Of a stretch of 64,000 nt of DNA, positions 19,971 to 32,802 are shown piece after piece. The first letter of the stretch is position 1, and each line of letters begins with the position of its first letter. The position numbers were made by a program, and so were the translations under genes. The notes under the pieces are model-generated. The model saw only the letters and a program-made list of their open reading frames with translations. It did not search any database and was not told the DNA's origin. Origin of the DNA: Picochlorum sp. SENEW3 (Eukaryota); NCBI GenBank assembly GCA_034226945.1, contig CP120459.1, positions 744,001 through 808,000 of the forward strand. The letters are read 5' to 3'.

Positions 19971-22900
19971 CTACTCACCCAAAAACAGTTTGAATTTTTC
20001 ACGAATCTTCCTCACATTTTCTTCGCGTTGAAACTCATACGTTGTCATGATTGGCATTCTGGATGCAAGCTCAGATGCTCTCTTTGTGTTGAGAATTTCG
20101 TCTGCTGTCATGGTTCCTGTCAATGGTTCCTGCATAGCCTTCTTCAATCTCTCCCGCACTGCAGCCGCTTCCCCTGGCCAATCTTCAATATCACTCTGTA
20201 TAACAATGTGCTCGTCATGCTGCCAAAGGCGATGCATGCCAATTTCACCATCATCATATGCCACAGTGTGTTCTGTGCTGACTGGATCATACCAGCAAAT
20301 GACGCCCTCAAAGTACTCCTCATCTCCATCCCACCACACAGCGATTCGAGCGCCAATGGCATCTTCGCCACAGATGGCTAGTTGTGCTCCGGCATGACCA
20401 CCAAGGGCCGATGCTGTCATTCTCTGTGTCAAACAATCATGTCTCTTTGTACCCTGCATAAGAATCAAACAAACAAGATGTGGAGATACATGCTGGTCGG
20501 TTGGATGTACTCTTGGTAGAAAAAGACACGTACCACATAGGCATTCATACATGTTCTGCAACGACCGCATCTGCTCTTGAGGTCAACGCTGGCTGCAGCG
20601 GCAGCAGCTCTAGTCTGTCGCATCTTGTCAGTGGTGAGGCTGCTCTTCTTTTGTTTGACTTTGTGTGATTCGAGAGCATCCTGTAGTGCATGGCCGAGGA
20701 GATCGCTGTACTTGAATTTAGTATCTTTGATAGCAGCATGTGCCTCCTTTTCGTACTTTGTTCTGTGCTTGTCCCATGGAAGCAGGTCATCTGGGTGGTA
20801 CCACTGCCATTTCCCTGTGTTGATTGGGAAATACAAAACCAGTACCCTTCTGTGCTCAGAGCCTTCAGAATCTTTGGTGTCCCACATGCCATCGAGGGAT
20901 GTGATTGACGCTTTTTTCTGCTCAGGAGTCAGTTTGCTCAATGCATCTTTTGGCAGAGTCCTGCCAAGAGGCATGTGTTGAGGGTCCAGGACTTCTCCTG
21001 GCCAATATATACCAGACATAGGTTCTGGAGCCCATACAATGTCTCCAACCATTTCTGAATCGTCAATTATGCCCTTGAGCCTCGTAATTTCAACAGACTA
21101 CAGAAAGAGAGAGTTGCATGTGAACACACAAATAGGAATACAATGATTACGCCATGTGCCACCACATACCTTTGACGCAATATCCATACTCGAACCAGAC
21201 ATTCTTCTGAGAATATCATTCGATATATCCCAGCCTTTTTCTCTGAGACGATGAATGTATCCAGCCTTTTCCTCAGCAGAAGGACTCCGGCCAACTTGCT
21301 CAATGAAGTCATCCAAGGCTTGATATGGGCATGTGATTGGATATTCAGAGGATCGCTTCACAGCAAAGGCACCGATGCCACTCTGCCACCACGCAGATTT
21401 TGGCCATGTTGATTTCTCCCATGTTTGCACCTTTTCTTTCGAAGAGCTTTGAACGAGTCCTTTCCTGATCTTTTTGACCATTCGCGCCTGAAAGGCATCC
21501 TTGTACACTTTCAAATCGCTTCCTGATTCAGAACCAGAGACTACAGGCCTCTCCCCTGTTTTCATCGGAGTAATAGCACTTGGCTCTGAGTCTGATGCGG
21601 GTCCCTTGTCTTGACTGGTATGAGACGATTTGGAAGAACTCTTCTCAGCGCCTGGACTCTCAGTGTCGGTGCCTGTTTTGCCTGCAAGCTGCTCCACATC
21701 TTGAATTTCATGCAATTTTGCTCTCTTAAACTCTCGACTCTCTTTAAAAGAAAATATTGCAGCCTCCTGAATCTCATCTGCAGTAATAAAGCTCCAAACG
21801 TTTGGTCTCCTGCAAATCACACACATGCATCAGTGTCAGTCATCTTGATAGATGCAATGCAAATTTCACCATATTCTGCACACGTACTTTAAAACCTGTT
21901 GTTTTGGTTCAGGTACGCCTTCTTTGAGAAGATGATGTATAGCATGATTACCCTGAGCGAGCCTGTATTTATGCGCATATGGATGCATGAGACGCTCTCC
22001 AAGCCACCGAGCAACATGTACAGTAACAGCATTCCCCAACAATTGCCACCTCCTCGACGAATGTGTTTCCAAATCCATCTCTTTGTACGGAACTCTTCTG
22101 TGCGCAGAAACGCCTTCTGCAGTCACAGGGAAACACGGCTTTGTCCAACCTTCTGGGAAGCCTTGCAATCTCTCTGCATCCTCCACACGCAACATGCCAG
22201 TTCGCCCATCCGCGAGGAGCAACAAGATACGATCATTCGCCGTCGTAAAAGAAGGTATGATATCTTCACCGGGTCTACATCTGCATTGAATAGTATATTA
22301 TGATATGTCGAACGTGCATACAAGATAACAATAATGATGAACACATACATGGCACACCCCAGATCGATAGCGAACGATACATTCTCATTAGAATTCCGCT
22401 GCTTTAACGTCTCAAGATGACACTCGTAGCATTCATTGTCCTCAAACAATTGCTTGCAAGATCCTGGACATGATTGCATGCCTTGGGAGAGAAGCACATC
22501 TCTGGCATCCCCATGCATTGATGCCACAATGAAAACACGCCTCCGCCTCATGGGCACACCAAACCCTGCATCCACACCATGGATTTGTATGTATCAGCGC
22601 TCTCCTTGTCTATTATATAATATTTCCTAGGAACGCACCTGCTGACGAAACAACCCGATATGCCCACGATGAAAACCCAAGATCCATCAACTGCTGCACC
22701 ACAAAGGCAATGGCTGGAGGCTGATCATCCGCTCGATCCAACAGTGCTTCCACCTACACACATGCATCATTCTTATTTATTGTACATGATGAGAGCCAGA
22801 TGCTATACTACTACTGAAGCATCTCCTCTCACATGGTATAAACACAAGGCCAACATACATTTTCCAAAAGGACCCAATTCACTGGCCTGTTTCTGTCCTT

Positions 22901-23602
22901 GGCAACTTGCAACAAACGAAACACATGCCTCACCAAGCCAGTACTCTGCATCATTATCATCATTATTATTATCGCATGGTATATATACATCAAGTTGGGG
23001 AACAGCATACCTGGCCTTCCAATCCCCTTCGCAAACCAGCCCTGGACACATCAATACATGGAAACCCTGCCACCAACAGCTCCGTATCCTGCATACATTC
23101 ATCTTCAAAATCTTCATACGAGAAAATAAAATTGAGAAAAAATTGGGTCACATACATCTGGCAAAGCTTCCACAGCACACACATCATGAGACAACCGAAC
23201 ACCAGGAAAATGCTCCTTCAACACCTACACCACACAACAAACATTGGCAACTCGTACCAACACATCCATCATGAACGAGTACAACCATACCTGCCTCGCT
23301 CCTGGATCACTCTCACAGAGAAAAATCAGTTCATGACCAGCCTGCAAGACACACACACACACCCGTCAATCCACCACCATGCACACAGAGCATTCAAATC
23401 ATGGTTACAGTTATACCCGACCAGCGCCGCGTGTACTCCACTACTGCGCAGTCTTTGTCCTACTATTTCCCCAACCATAAAAACCCATTTCAAATAACAG
23501 ACTGTACGTGATTCATATGCAGCCAAAACACACCGTGACTCATACCTGTTCAAGCCCATAATCCAATCCTCCAGCACCAGAGAACAAACTAGCGAATTTC
23601 AT
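19971..23602 (-). CDS. DNA (cytosine-5) methyltransferase fused to PWWP, CXXC and Tudor/PWWP-like domains (chlorophyte-type)
   Basis: Spliced motifs: I (SLFSGAGG), IV (GFPC), VI (LLEN|V), VIII (PMRRRRVF), IX (ERLQGFP) and X (LGNAV). These are followed by GDIVW..YWPG, RCGRCRTC..HDC and IAVWW..YDDGE. At least 10 introns; a further exon ending at 19905 is possible. Confidence 0.9.
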
Positions 23603-24225
23603 CTCAAATAGTATCGACTACACCGAAGAAAAGTATATAGATATCAGGTGATTTAGAATGTATATTCAAACATGCACGGTGACGTCACCTGAGCAAGGCA
23701 ATGTTGCGTCAGAGTCCTGACGGGTCTGGAGGCGCTCTTTCTTCCCTCCGAAAGCCCTTGTTCCACTGGCTGATTGGAACAATGACTGCCCAGGACTCCT
23801 TCTTCCTTGCCTCCACATGTGCTCATCCGATGCATGATCCAGTGTGTCTGATGGTATTCATAGAGAGAATCAGTCGCCCTTCTTCCTGTGACAGGTACAT
23901 GTGGCATGTACATGCCAGAAGAGTGGTCCAAGTGTCCAGACGAATGAATGAACAGCAGCCAACCTGGATGCCTTGGTATCTTTTTCTTTGGCGTAAAGAG
24001 GGGAAAATTTTTATTTTGAATTCAACATAAGCCAATACGTACGTATAATAGGGCATTCTGGGGGCTGTCGTTGCACCATTCTCTGCTCAAGGACGTGAAC
24101 GAGTTTGGTCCAATTTGATTCGGTATATATGGTTATTCGATAACTATTCTTCCACTAGATATTTTGATCTGGGTATAGGACACGTCTGCTGTGAAATACC
24201 CTCAGGGATTGACCAGAGAAGGGCG

Positions 24226-25936
24226 ATGCATAGCCAGACGACGCCAGGTCGACAGGGCGAGGAGCCCTTGAGTGATGAGGCTTTGGAAGCGATGCGAGGT
24301 CCACATATTCATCATGGACCAGCGACATCGGTCCAGCAGGACGATAGCATTGCGGCTCAGGTGAATGAGCATAACAATGCAGAGCGTTACAGCACGGTGG
24401 ATGACGTTCTCGAGAGTCGACAGCGATTTTCTGCCACAAACATCAACATTCCATTCCAACAACGACATCAGCAGCAATTTTCATCGGTGTCGGTGTCTGA
24501 GGGAGTGGCTTCTGCCGGACATCCCCCAGTGGCAAGTTTGGATCGCATGGGGGAGTTTGTACCAGGAGAGGTTGGGCTGACTGGGATGTATGAGGGTGAG
24601 GCAACTGGGATGTATGACCCAGTGGGGGCGTGGCATGGGTATGTGGATGCGGATACGAATACGCCGACAGCCACGCATGGTCCAAGGCCTGGGGGGCAGC
24701 AGGAGCAGCAGGATGATGGGTGTGGGGCGGCGAGTCCGATGGATGTGCAGGATTTTCGGAAAAGTCGGGATGGGTCTGTGTTTGGTGCCTGTAGCGATTT
24801 GGAGGGGAATGAGAGCACTGGGCAGCAGATGGATGGCGTTGGTGCGCAGCAAGTATCATCTGAAATGGCCATGGTGACTGGGTTGAGCGATGGGGAGAAC
24901 GAGCAGCCGTCGTTGGCTGGGCATCGTCGAAACACAACGGAACCTACAGATAGTAATATTGGATGTATTGGTCTGGGGAATACTGGTGGGGAGGGGGAGA
25001 TTCAGGCCAGTGCATCATTTAAAGATAGGCCATCAGATGCTGATATTATAGCATGGGAGAATCAGATACGCGAGGGGGAGGCGAATAAATCCCCTCTGAT
25101 TGGAAACAAATGCTCAATTGATACTCTGTGGGATGAGTATGCGGCGGGGAATGAGGTTTTCAAGGCCAAGATCACCACTCTTGCATCGACATATGGGTCA
25201 ATCAGGAGGTCTCGAGGGGATGGAAACTGCTTCTTTCGATCGTTTATATTCTCATATCTGGAACACTTGGTACAGACGAAGGATGAAGAAGAGAAGAATC
25301 GAATGACATCTACACTGACGTCGTTGCGCACGTTACTCGTGAAAGCTGGATATGAAGAGTTGGTTCTTGAGGGGCCAATGGAGCTCCTGCTTGGCATGCT
25401 GTCTTCGATTCAAGATTCCTCGAATCCTCTTAGCATTGAAACACTGGAAAACAATATGAGGTCTGAAGAAATTTCGAACTATATTGTATTTTTATTGCGA
25501 ATCATAACGAGTGCGGAAGTGAAAGACAAGGCAAACTTTTTTGCCCCATTCATCATGGTATGTTTGCTTGATGTGCCCTTGTTGTACTGGACACCCACGT
25601 CAATAGCCATACTTGTTTCGTGTACAGGGGCTGACAGATATGGCTGTTGATGAATTTTGCTCAAAATGTATTGATCCCATGGGCGAAGAGAGCGAACATG
25701 TTCAGGTTGTTGCTCTCACCAATGCATTACGAGTGCCCATCCGTGTGGTGTACTTGGACAGGTCTACCATGGCCGCGAGTGGAGCATCGAATACATGCGA
25801 TTCATCAGACAGCCCTCTGAGTGCTGATACGCACGACTTTATCCCTGAAGGATGTTCTGTTTCGGCGGATGACATACGAGTGCACCTGTTGTATCGCCCA
25901 GGCCACTATGATATTTTGTACAAGAAGAATTTCTAA
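24226..25936 (+). CDS. Otubain-family (peptidase C65) deubiquitinase with a long disordered N-terminus
   Basis: RGDGNCFFRSF and LLYRPGHYDILY motifs; intron 25558-25627. Confidence 0.92.
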
Positions 25937-26063
25937 CTTTTTATTTTTTGTTACACATGAAAATCGTGTGAGACAAATCACTACCTACGCAAATAATATC
26001 TTTTCATTAAAACACACGTGTTTCTGTTACGCACTGCAGCATCTCGTAGAGGAGATGTTGCAA

Positions 26064-26753
26064 TTAATCTCCCTTTCTGCGGAATGAGCATCCTTCCATA
26101 AGTCTAGCCTTTCCTCCGGTTGGCACACACAGCACGGCGTTGCAGCTAGGGCACACTACTACAGTTTGGGAGTGGCTGAACACAGTTGTTCTGCAACAAA
26201 TACATGGAGATCATGGTCAGGACACGAAGACATGCATCATCGAGGGCGGCGTCCATGGTCGGGACAACAGACTCGGACTTTATCCGTCATTGCGCAATCA
26301 CATCTATTCAACGTACATAGAAAAGCATCCCTGGCATTTGACATCCATGAAGTATGAGTTTGGGGACTCTACTAGGCGCTTCAGTTTGTGGCTGCGCTTC
26401 TCAAATTCCGCGGTAGGGTGCAACAAGTCGACATCGCAAGCGAGAACCTACAGACAGAGTATAATGACCATATTAGTATAGTATTTTATTATTCAGTCCC
26501 AGACCTTTACTATGTGGCACGGGTGCTCTATGTGAGAAGAACATCGTTCGCCGGCGAGACGGCCGACCTGGACATTCACCCAACGACCCCAAAGGACCAC
26601 ACGGATGAACATGAGGACAATAGAATAACATGTAATTCTTATTGACACCATGTCACAGTCCAATATGGCTCCTTCTTCGGGCACACCACGAGCAGTCTGG
26701 ATGCGGCTCCACCATCACAGAACGGGGCCTCTTTCGTATTGAAGACGTACCAT
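26064..26753 (-). CDS. RPS27: 40S ribosomal protein S27 (eS27)
   Basis: Not in the ORF track. Exons 26753-26751 (ATG only), 26447-26317 and 26190-26064 give 86 aa: [50 protein letters not shown]. Confidence 0.96.
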
Positions 26754-26925
26754 TTTGATCGAATCTTCTAAATTGGCTGACTAGATTGTGTTTATCAATT
26801 GAAAAGGGGCTACGAAAGCGGTTTTTGGAGCCAAAGTATGCACAATGCCGCCATCCCACTCGTGGTACTGTGAATGCCGATTGATAGGTACTGTGAATTT
26901 CTTTACATTGTCATATGTAGTATCA

Positions 26926-27851
26926 TCATCCGGTTGTGTTTGATGTTGTCGGTGTCCTGTCCGTGATTTCTTCAAACGCTCCCTTTCCGAATAAGACGCC
27001 TGCACTGACGGCTTTGTCATACTTGGTGCGCCTCCTCTCTTCAAATTCTTTGAATCCCTTGACAGCTTCAATTTCTTCCATACTCACAGGATTGCCATGT
27101 AACGCCAAGGTTTGAAGCGATTCGCAATACATGAATATCGCGGAAGGAACACTTTCTATTCTGTTGTTCTCCGCTAGAATCAATCGAAGGCGTTCGAGCT
27201 TGGCAAGATCAACTGGCAGTTTACTAATTGAATTGTCAGAACACCTCAACTCTTCCAAAGTACGACATCCAGCAATACCACTCGTTATAGACCGCATCTT
27301 GTTGGAAGATATATCAATGTACTTCAATTGCTTCAGGTGGGATATACCTCTCGGCAATCTACTGAGTCTATTGTGAGCCAAACTAAGCCTTTCCAGCTTG
27401 ACAAGCTTGCATAACGACTCTGGCACATCTACCAATCTATTATGATCCAGAAGCAACACCCGTAGACTCTGCATCATTCCTATCTCATCTGGAATGCTCA
27501 GAATCTTGTTATGGGACAGACCTAACCGATTGCAGCTCACCATCTGCCCAATGTACGGGGGAATTTCCCGAATCCCATTCTTACTTCCGTCCAACAAACG
27601 AACTTTCTTTGGATTTACATCTTCTATTTCGGCAGGAAACTCCTGTAACATCCATAGACACGAAAATACGTGAGGACAGAAAGTCTCAACTCCATGACCT
27701 CATCGCAACAACCACGCACCTGTAATGAGGACGATCGGAAGGCTACAGTCCCAGTCTTTTCCCATAGATCAATTCGTTTACTAAAACTGCGCTTCCTAGT
27801 ATCCACCACAAACCCGTCGGGTTGCTTCTGTCTTCCAAAACAGTTACCCAT
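26926..27851 (-). CDS. Leucine-rich repeat protein (LRRC57-like), putative N-myristoylation
   Basis: MGNC N-terminus, repeated LxxLxLxxNxLxxLP units, and intron 27643-27719. Confidence 0.88.
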
Positions 27852-28507
27852 TGGCGTACCCTAATTTCTCCCTTTTCACCCCACCATACGGCGTATTTGC
27901 GTATTTTGTATCACTATATCTCAAATTTTTTTTATTGTATGACAGTAGGAGTACTTGTATGTCTCCTGAATGGCACAGCGCTGCGTGCTCTGCGTGGCAT
28001 CGGTCACCGGCCTCATCTGACCGGCTCATATGACACTCGCAGATAAGGCGAGGACCTTTCGTCCGAGGCTGTCCTACATGTGGCAATCGCGTACATCATG
28101 AGCAAGATCGACACAAGATATCAATCATCTGTAGCAGAGAATGTGCAACCTCTCATCTAGGCATCACATGTGCATTCATGCACTCCTGCATGGGCAACTC
28201 CACAGTCCTGTCGAACTGCTGGTGCCTCGGATCTTCCGTCACCTCGGACAGATCAATCTCCCATACAAAATCCAGTATTTCCCCAGTTTGAGAGCGCATT
28301 GATAAGTATCCACTTTTAGTCAGCAATACTTGTTGACAATATCTGTGCAATTGCATGCCTAGGACGTGCCTGCGCGATTCTGGCAACTAGCACGGCGCGT
28401 TTGTTTGTCCTAGAAACTGGACAACTACAACAGTTTGTTCGTTAGTGACTGAGAAGAACGACTCATATTATTTCAATTCACGCCCAGGGTTTGTCAACGC
28501 GCGTGCT

Positions 28508-29815
28508 ATGACGGAATCTGGAATGGTGGGAGGAGCAGTCGAGCACTTGGTCGAGAGAGCCCCTCCTGTACAGGAGGATAGCGGCGCCAAGGAATCCGCT
28601 CCTGATGATCGAAGGAACAACATGCCTACAACTCTTGGGACGGGATCCTCCTTTTCAGATGCAATGCAGCAATATTTTGGAGGGGATGCATCCACTCAGC
28701 AGGAAATCATGTCCAAAGTGGAGTCTCTAATCCACCAACATAATGTCTCATTGACAGCACAGCAGGAAAAAGAAAAGACTGAAAATACCGATAACCTTCC
28801 GGGTTTATCGGTCAATAATCCACTCGAGTCGACTGTGATTGCCAAGAATGGTCCGTTGCCGCAGGGTATGGTTCCAGAGTCTGTGACGACAACCATGCCT
28901 GGGCAGAAGAAAAAGAGACAGCGTGCTCGAGCCAAACCACAGGACGGTACGAGAGAACGCCAGACTTCTACATATCGTGGCGTGACACGTCATAGCAGAA
29001 GTGGGAGATTTGAGGCTCATATTTGGGTCAAGGAATTGCGTCGTCAAGTATACCTGGGAGGATACGAGCATGAGGAACACGCAGCTGAGGCCTATGATAT
29101 TGCTGCTCTGAAGAGTAAAGGTCGCACGACGAAAATCAACTTTGATATATCAAAGTACGAAGATTTGTTGGATTGTATCGATAGAATGACCATGGATGAA
29201 TTGGTGATGGCTATTCGTCGCCAATCACAAGGGTTTTCCAGGGGAACCTCTACATTCCGTGGAGTCACTCGACATCCAACTGGCCGTTGGGAAGCGCGAA
29301 TTGGAATTCCAGGATCAAAACACGTGTATTTGGGTCTGTTCACTGAAGAAATAGGTGCCGCACGGGCGTACGATAAATCCCTTGTTCGGCTGAGAGGAAA
29401 AGGAGCATCAACAAACTTTAGTCTTGGGGATTATCGAGAAGAACTGTGTGATTTCCACAGGCTTCAGAGTAAAATACTTCAAGGCGATCCACGAGTGATG
29501 GAAATCACATCCAACCAAAAGCATTATGAGGCGTGGTTGAAGCATGGGTCCATGGCACACCCAGTCCTCCTCAATGATGACGAGAATGCAGCTCACACCA
29601 AAAGCCTGGTTGAAGAAGATTTGAACATGGTCAAACGCATGATTGACCAAAATGGAAGCACACCATCTCATGCGTGGTTCGATGGAAATGGTCTGCTTGC
29701 TGGTATTGAATCAAATGAAATGCTTACCCGACAGCATCACACTAGTGATCCTTCTGTTGGCCCAGCCCTGGAAGCATTGAAAAGAGCAGCACAATCAACC
29801 CATCACGCTACGTGA
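28508..29815 (+). CDS. Double-AP2-domain transcription factor (AP2 subfamily)
   Basis: YRGVTRH..FEAHIW..QVYLGGY..AAEAYD, linker RRQSQGFSRG, and a second domain FRGVTRH..WEARIG..YLGLF..AARAYD. Confidence 0.93.
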   Translation: MTESGMVGGAVEHLVERAPPVQEDSGAKESAPDDRRNNMPTTLGTGSSFSDAMQQYFGGDASTQQEIMSKVESLIHQHNVSLTAQQEKEKTENTDNLPGLSVNNPLESTVIAKNGPLPQGMVPESVTTTMPGQKKKRQRARAKPQDGTRERQTSTYRGVTRHSRSGRFEAHIWVKELRRQVYLGGYEHEEHAAEAYDIAALKSKGRTTKINFDISKYEDLLDCIDRMTMDELVMAIRRQSQGFSRGTSTFRGVTRHPTGRWEARIGIPGSKHVYLGLFTEEIGAARAYDKSLVRLRGKGASTNFSLGDYREELCDFHRLQSKILQGDPRVMEITSNQKHYEAWLKHGSMAHPVLLNDDENAAHTKSLVEEDLNMVKRMIDQNGSTPSHAWFDGNGLLAGIESNEMLTRQHHTSDPSVGPALEALKRAAQSTHHAT

Positions 29816-30324
29816 GACAGAGCATAAATATTGTTGATGTTTATAGACACCAGAACGTTCTGATGAAACATTGCTTTTGCTGTTTATTTGTTTGTTTTTT
29901 CCCCACACAAGTCCATTTGCGTTTTTGCTCCATGTTTTTTATCCATCAAGTTGACACATCATACATGTCGGCAGACTCCGTCACTCTGTAACAATCTGCC
30001 ATGTGATTCCTAAAGATCGTCACATGATACATCGACACGCATGATTTCATCAATGACCTCCAAGTCATGCTCTTGACTGCCAGTGCTGTAGTAATCCTCC
30101 AGCGACAGGTTCCCTTGCAACTCGATTCATGACATGGTAGCATGAGCCTATAATCAGCCTCGCCTCCTCCTCACACCCGCATTTCTATAGAAAATAGTAC
30201 ATAGACTGTGTTTAGAAACGCAGTACTATCGCAGTTGTTGCCTTTCTTCTCTTTTCTCAGCGAGACCGTGAGGAGGGCCACTCTAGGACGACTTGTAGAC
30301 TGCGTTGACTGATTGCTGTACACA

Positions 30325-32755
30325 ATGTCTACATCAGTAGCAACAGATACCACTAATGTTGCAAAAACAGTGACAAAAGCCTCATCTGTACAGAAAGATG
30401 GAAGCCTTGCGTCATTTGCAACATTTGCCTGTATGACTGTGATTTGCGTCTTAGCTTCAAGTGTACGTGTATTTTATGATTTTACATATTTTAGAATGTC
30501 CTAAATGACGAAAATATGTTCTGCAGGTTCGTCTCTTCTCTGTGATCAAGTATGAGAGCGTCATTCACGAGTTTGATCCGTACTTCAACTATCGGGTCAC
30601 GCGATTCCTCTCAAAGAAAGGATTCTATAACACATGGAACTTTTTTGACTCATTTACCTGGTATCCTTTGGGGCGTGTGATTGGTGGGACCATGTATCCG
30701 GTACGTCCCTGCTGGTGCCTTTTTTCCTCCTTGCTGCTCTTGCATTGAATTGTCGACAAAGACGATGGCATTATACTCTTCATATGTTTACAGGGGTTGA
30801 TTTTCACTGCTGGCGCGGTCTGGAATCTGTTGAATTGGTTGAGGATACCAATTCATGTCCAAGAAGTGTGTGTGTTTACTGCTCCAGTGTTTGCAGCTTT
30901 TTGTGCCATTGCAACCTTTCTCTTTATGAAAGAAGTGCGGGGAACTGGAGCTGGTTTGGCATCAGCTGCCCTGATATCGGTTGTACCATCGTATATTTCT
31001 CGGTCGGTAGCTGGATCGTATGATTTGGAGGCTGTTGCCATATTTGCACTCATGTTTGTCTTCTACTTGTACGTCAAGACTTTAAACACAGGGTCGCTGG
31101 CATGGGCATCTGCATTATTCTTTGGGTATTTGTACATGGTTTCTTCATGGGGAGGATATTCGTTCATCGTGAATCTGCTTCCAATTCACTGTTTAGCTTG
31201 TATTGTGTTTGGAAGAGTCTCATATCGATTGTATGTGGCGTATGCACCATTTGTGATTCTGGGAGCCTTGGCTGCAATGAATATTCCAGTCATTGGATTC
31301 AATGCCGTGTTAATGTCCGAGCATTTTGCATCCTTCTTAGTGTTTGGACTGTTGCACTTGGTATTGGCAATCAAGTATACAAAGCAGGTTCTGTCGCCAA
31401 GTGCGTACAATGCAGCAAAGAGGGCTGTTGTCTCAGGTGGTGCAATCCTTGCTTCCATTCTGATTCTTCTTATTGTCAGCTACGTGGCTGCATCTCCTAC
31501 ATTTGGATGGACTGGGCGAAGTTTATCGCTTTTGGATCCAACGTATGCGTCCAAGTACATCCCCATCATTGCATCGGTGTCTGAACATCAGCCTCCAAAC
31601 TGGTCCATGTTCTTCTCAGATCTCCATATTACCAGTCTACTGGCTCCTGCTGGAGTTATCATGTGTTTCATGCCTCTGACAGATGCGTCGCTCTTCCTCG
31701 TGTTGTATGGAGTCACAGCCGTGTACTTCTCTGGGGTGATGGTTCGTCTTATGCTTGTTCTTGCACCAGCTGTCAGTTGCTTGTCCGGACTTGCATTGTC
31801 TGAACTCCTTGGATATCTTGGACGATCCCTAGTTTCCACAGAAGCAGAAAATTCAGAATCGAAAAAAGAAGAAGAGGAGGTATCGTCGTCGAAATCATCA
31901 CAGAAGGCGAAAAAACAAAAGGGAGCTGCTTCTGCTGCTGCAATGGCCTCGACCAGAAAAAAGGTAGGCACCAGGCATCTTCTGTCCAAGGATGTGGCCA
32001 TCGTTGGCTGTATTGGAATTTCGCTCATGCTAGGTGTGTACTATAAACACGGAGTTTATATTAGTGGGAACATGTACAGCGCCCCATCGATCGTTCTTCA
32101 GAGTGGAGGAAAAGTTTTTGATGATTTCCGTGAGGCATATGCATGGCTCAGACACAACACACCTGAGGATGCCAAGATTGCATCATGGTGGGATTATGGA
32201 TATCAAACGACAGCCATGTCCAATCGAACAGTCCTGGTTGATAATAACACGTGGAACAATACCCATATTGCAACTGTTGGTAGGGCCATGGCGTCTCCAG
32301 AGAAGAAGGCATGGGATATTCTGGAAAGCCTAGATGCAGACTATGTCTTTGTCATTTTCGGTGGTGTGATTGGATATCCTTCGGATGATATCAATAAATT
32401 CTTATGGATGGTACGAATTGGTGGCGGAGTCTTCCCAGATATTCGAGAATCTGATTACCTTGATGCTGAAGGACGGTATCGTGTTGACTCTGAAATGGGC
32501 CCAGCCCTTCGAGAAAGTTTGGTGTACAAATTATCCTATTATAGATTCTGGGAGCTGTCACAAGGTCCATCACGAGGAATGGATCGTGTTAGAGGCACAA
32601 CCATCGGATACATGGACTATGAGTTGGAATACTTTGAGGAAGTCTTCACAACAACCCATTGGATGGTTCGCATTTTCAAAAGAAAGCCAGCACCAAACGC
32701 TGATTTCGGCCTTGAAAACTCGTATGCCAAGTCATCGTTTAGGAAAAAACAATAA
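30325..32755 (+). CDS. STT3: Oligosaccharyltransferase catalytic subunit STT3
   Basis: [21 protein letters not shown] and DDINKF motifs; introns 30463-30526 and 30701-30793. Confidence 0.97.
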
Positions 32756-32802
32756 TAGATGTATAACAATGTAGTCATGTCACACGTATTCAATACCGTC
32801 AT

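Noticed and set aside
26140..26684. Short ORFs in the track over this region
   Set aside because: Explained by the three-exon RPS27 gene on the minus strand.
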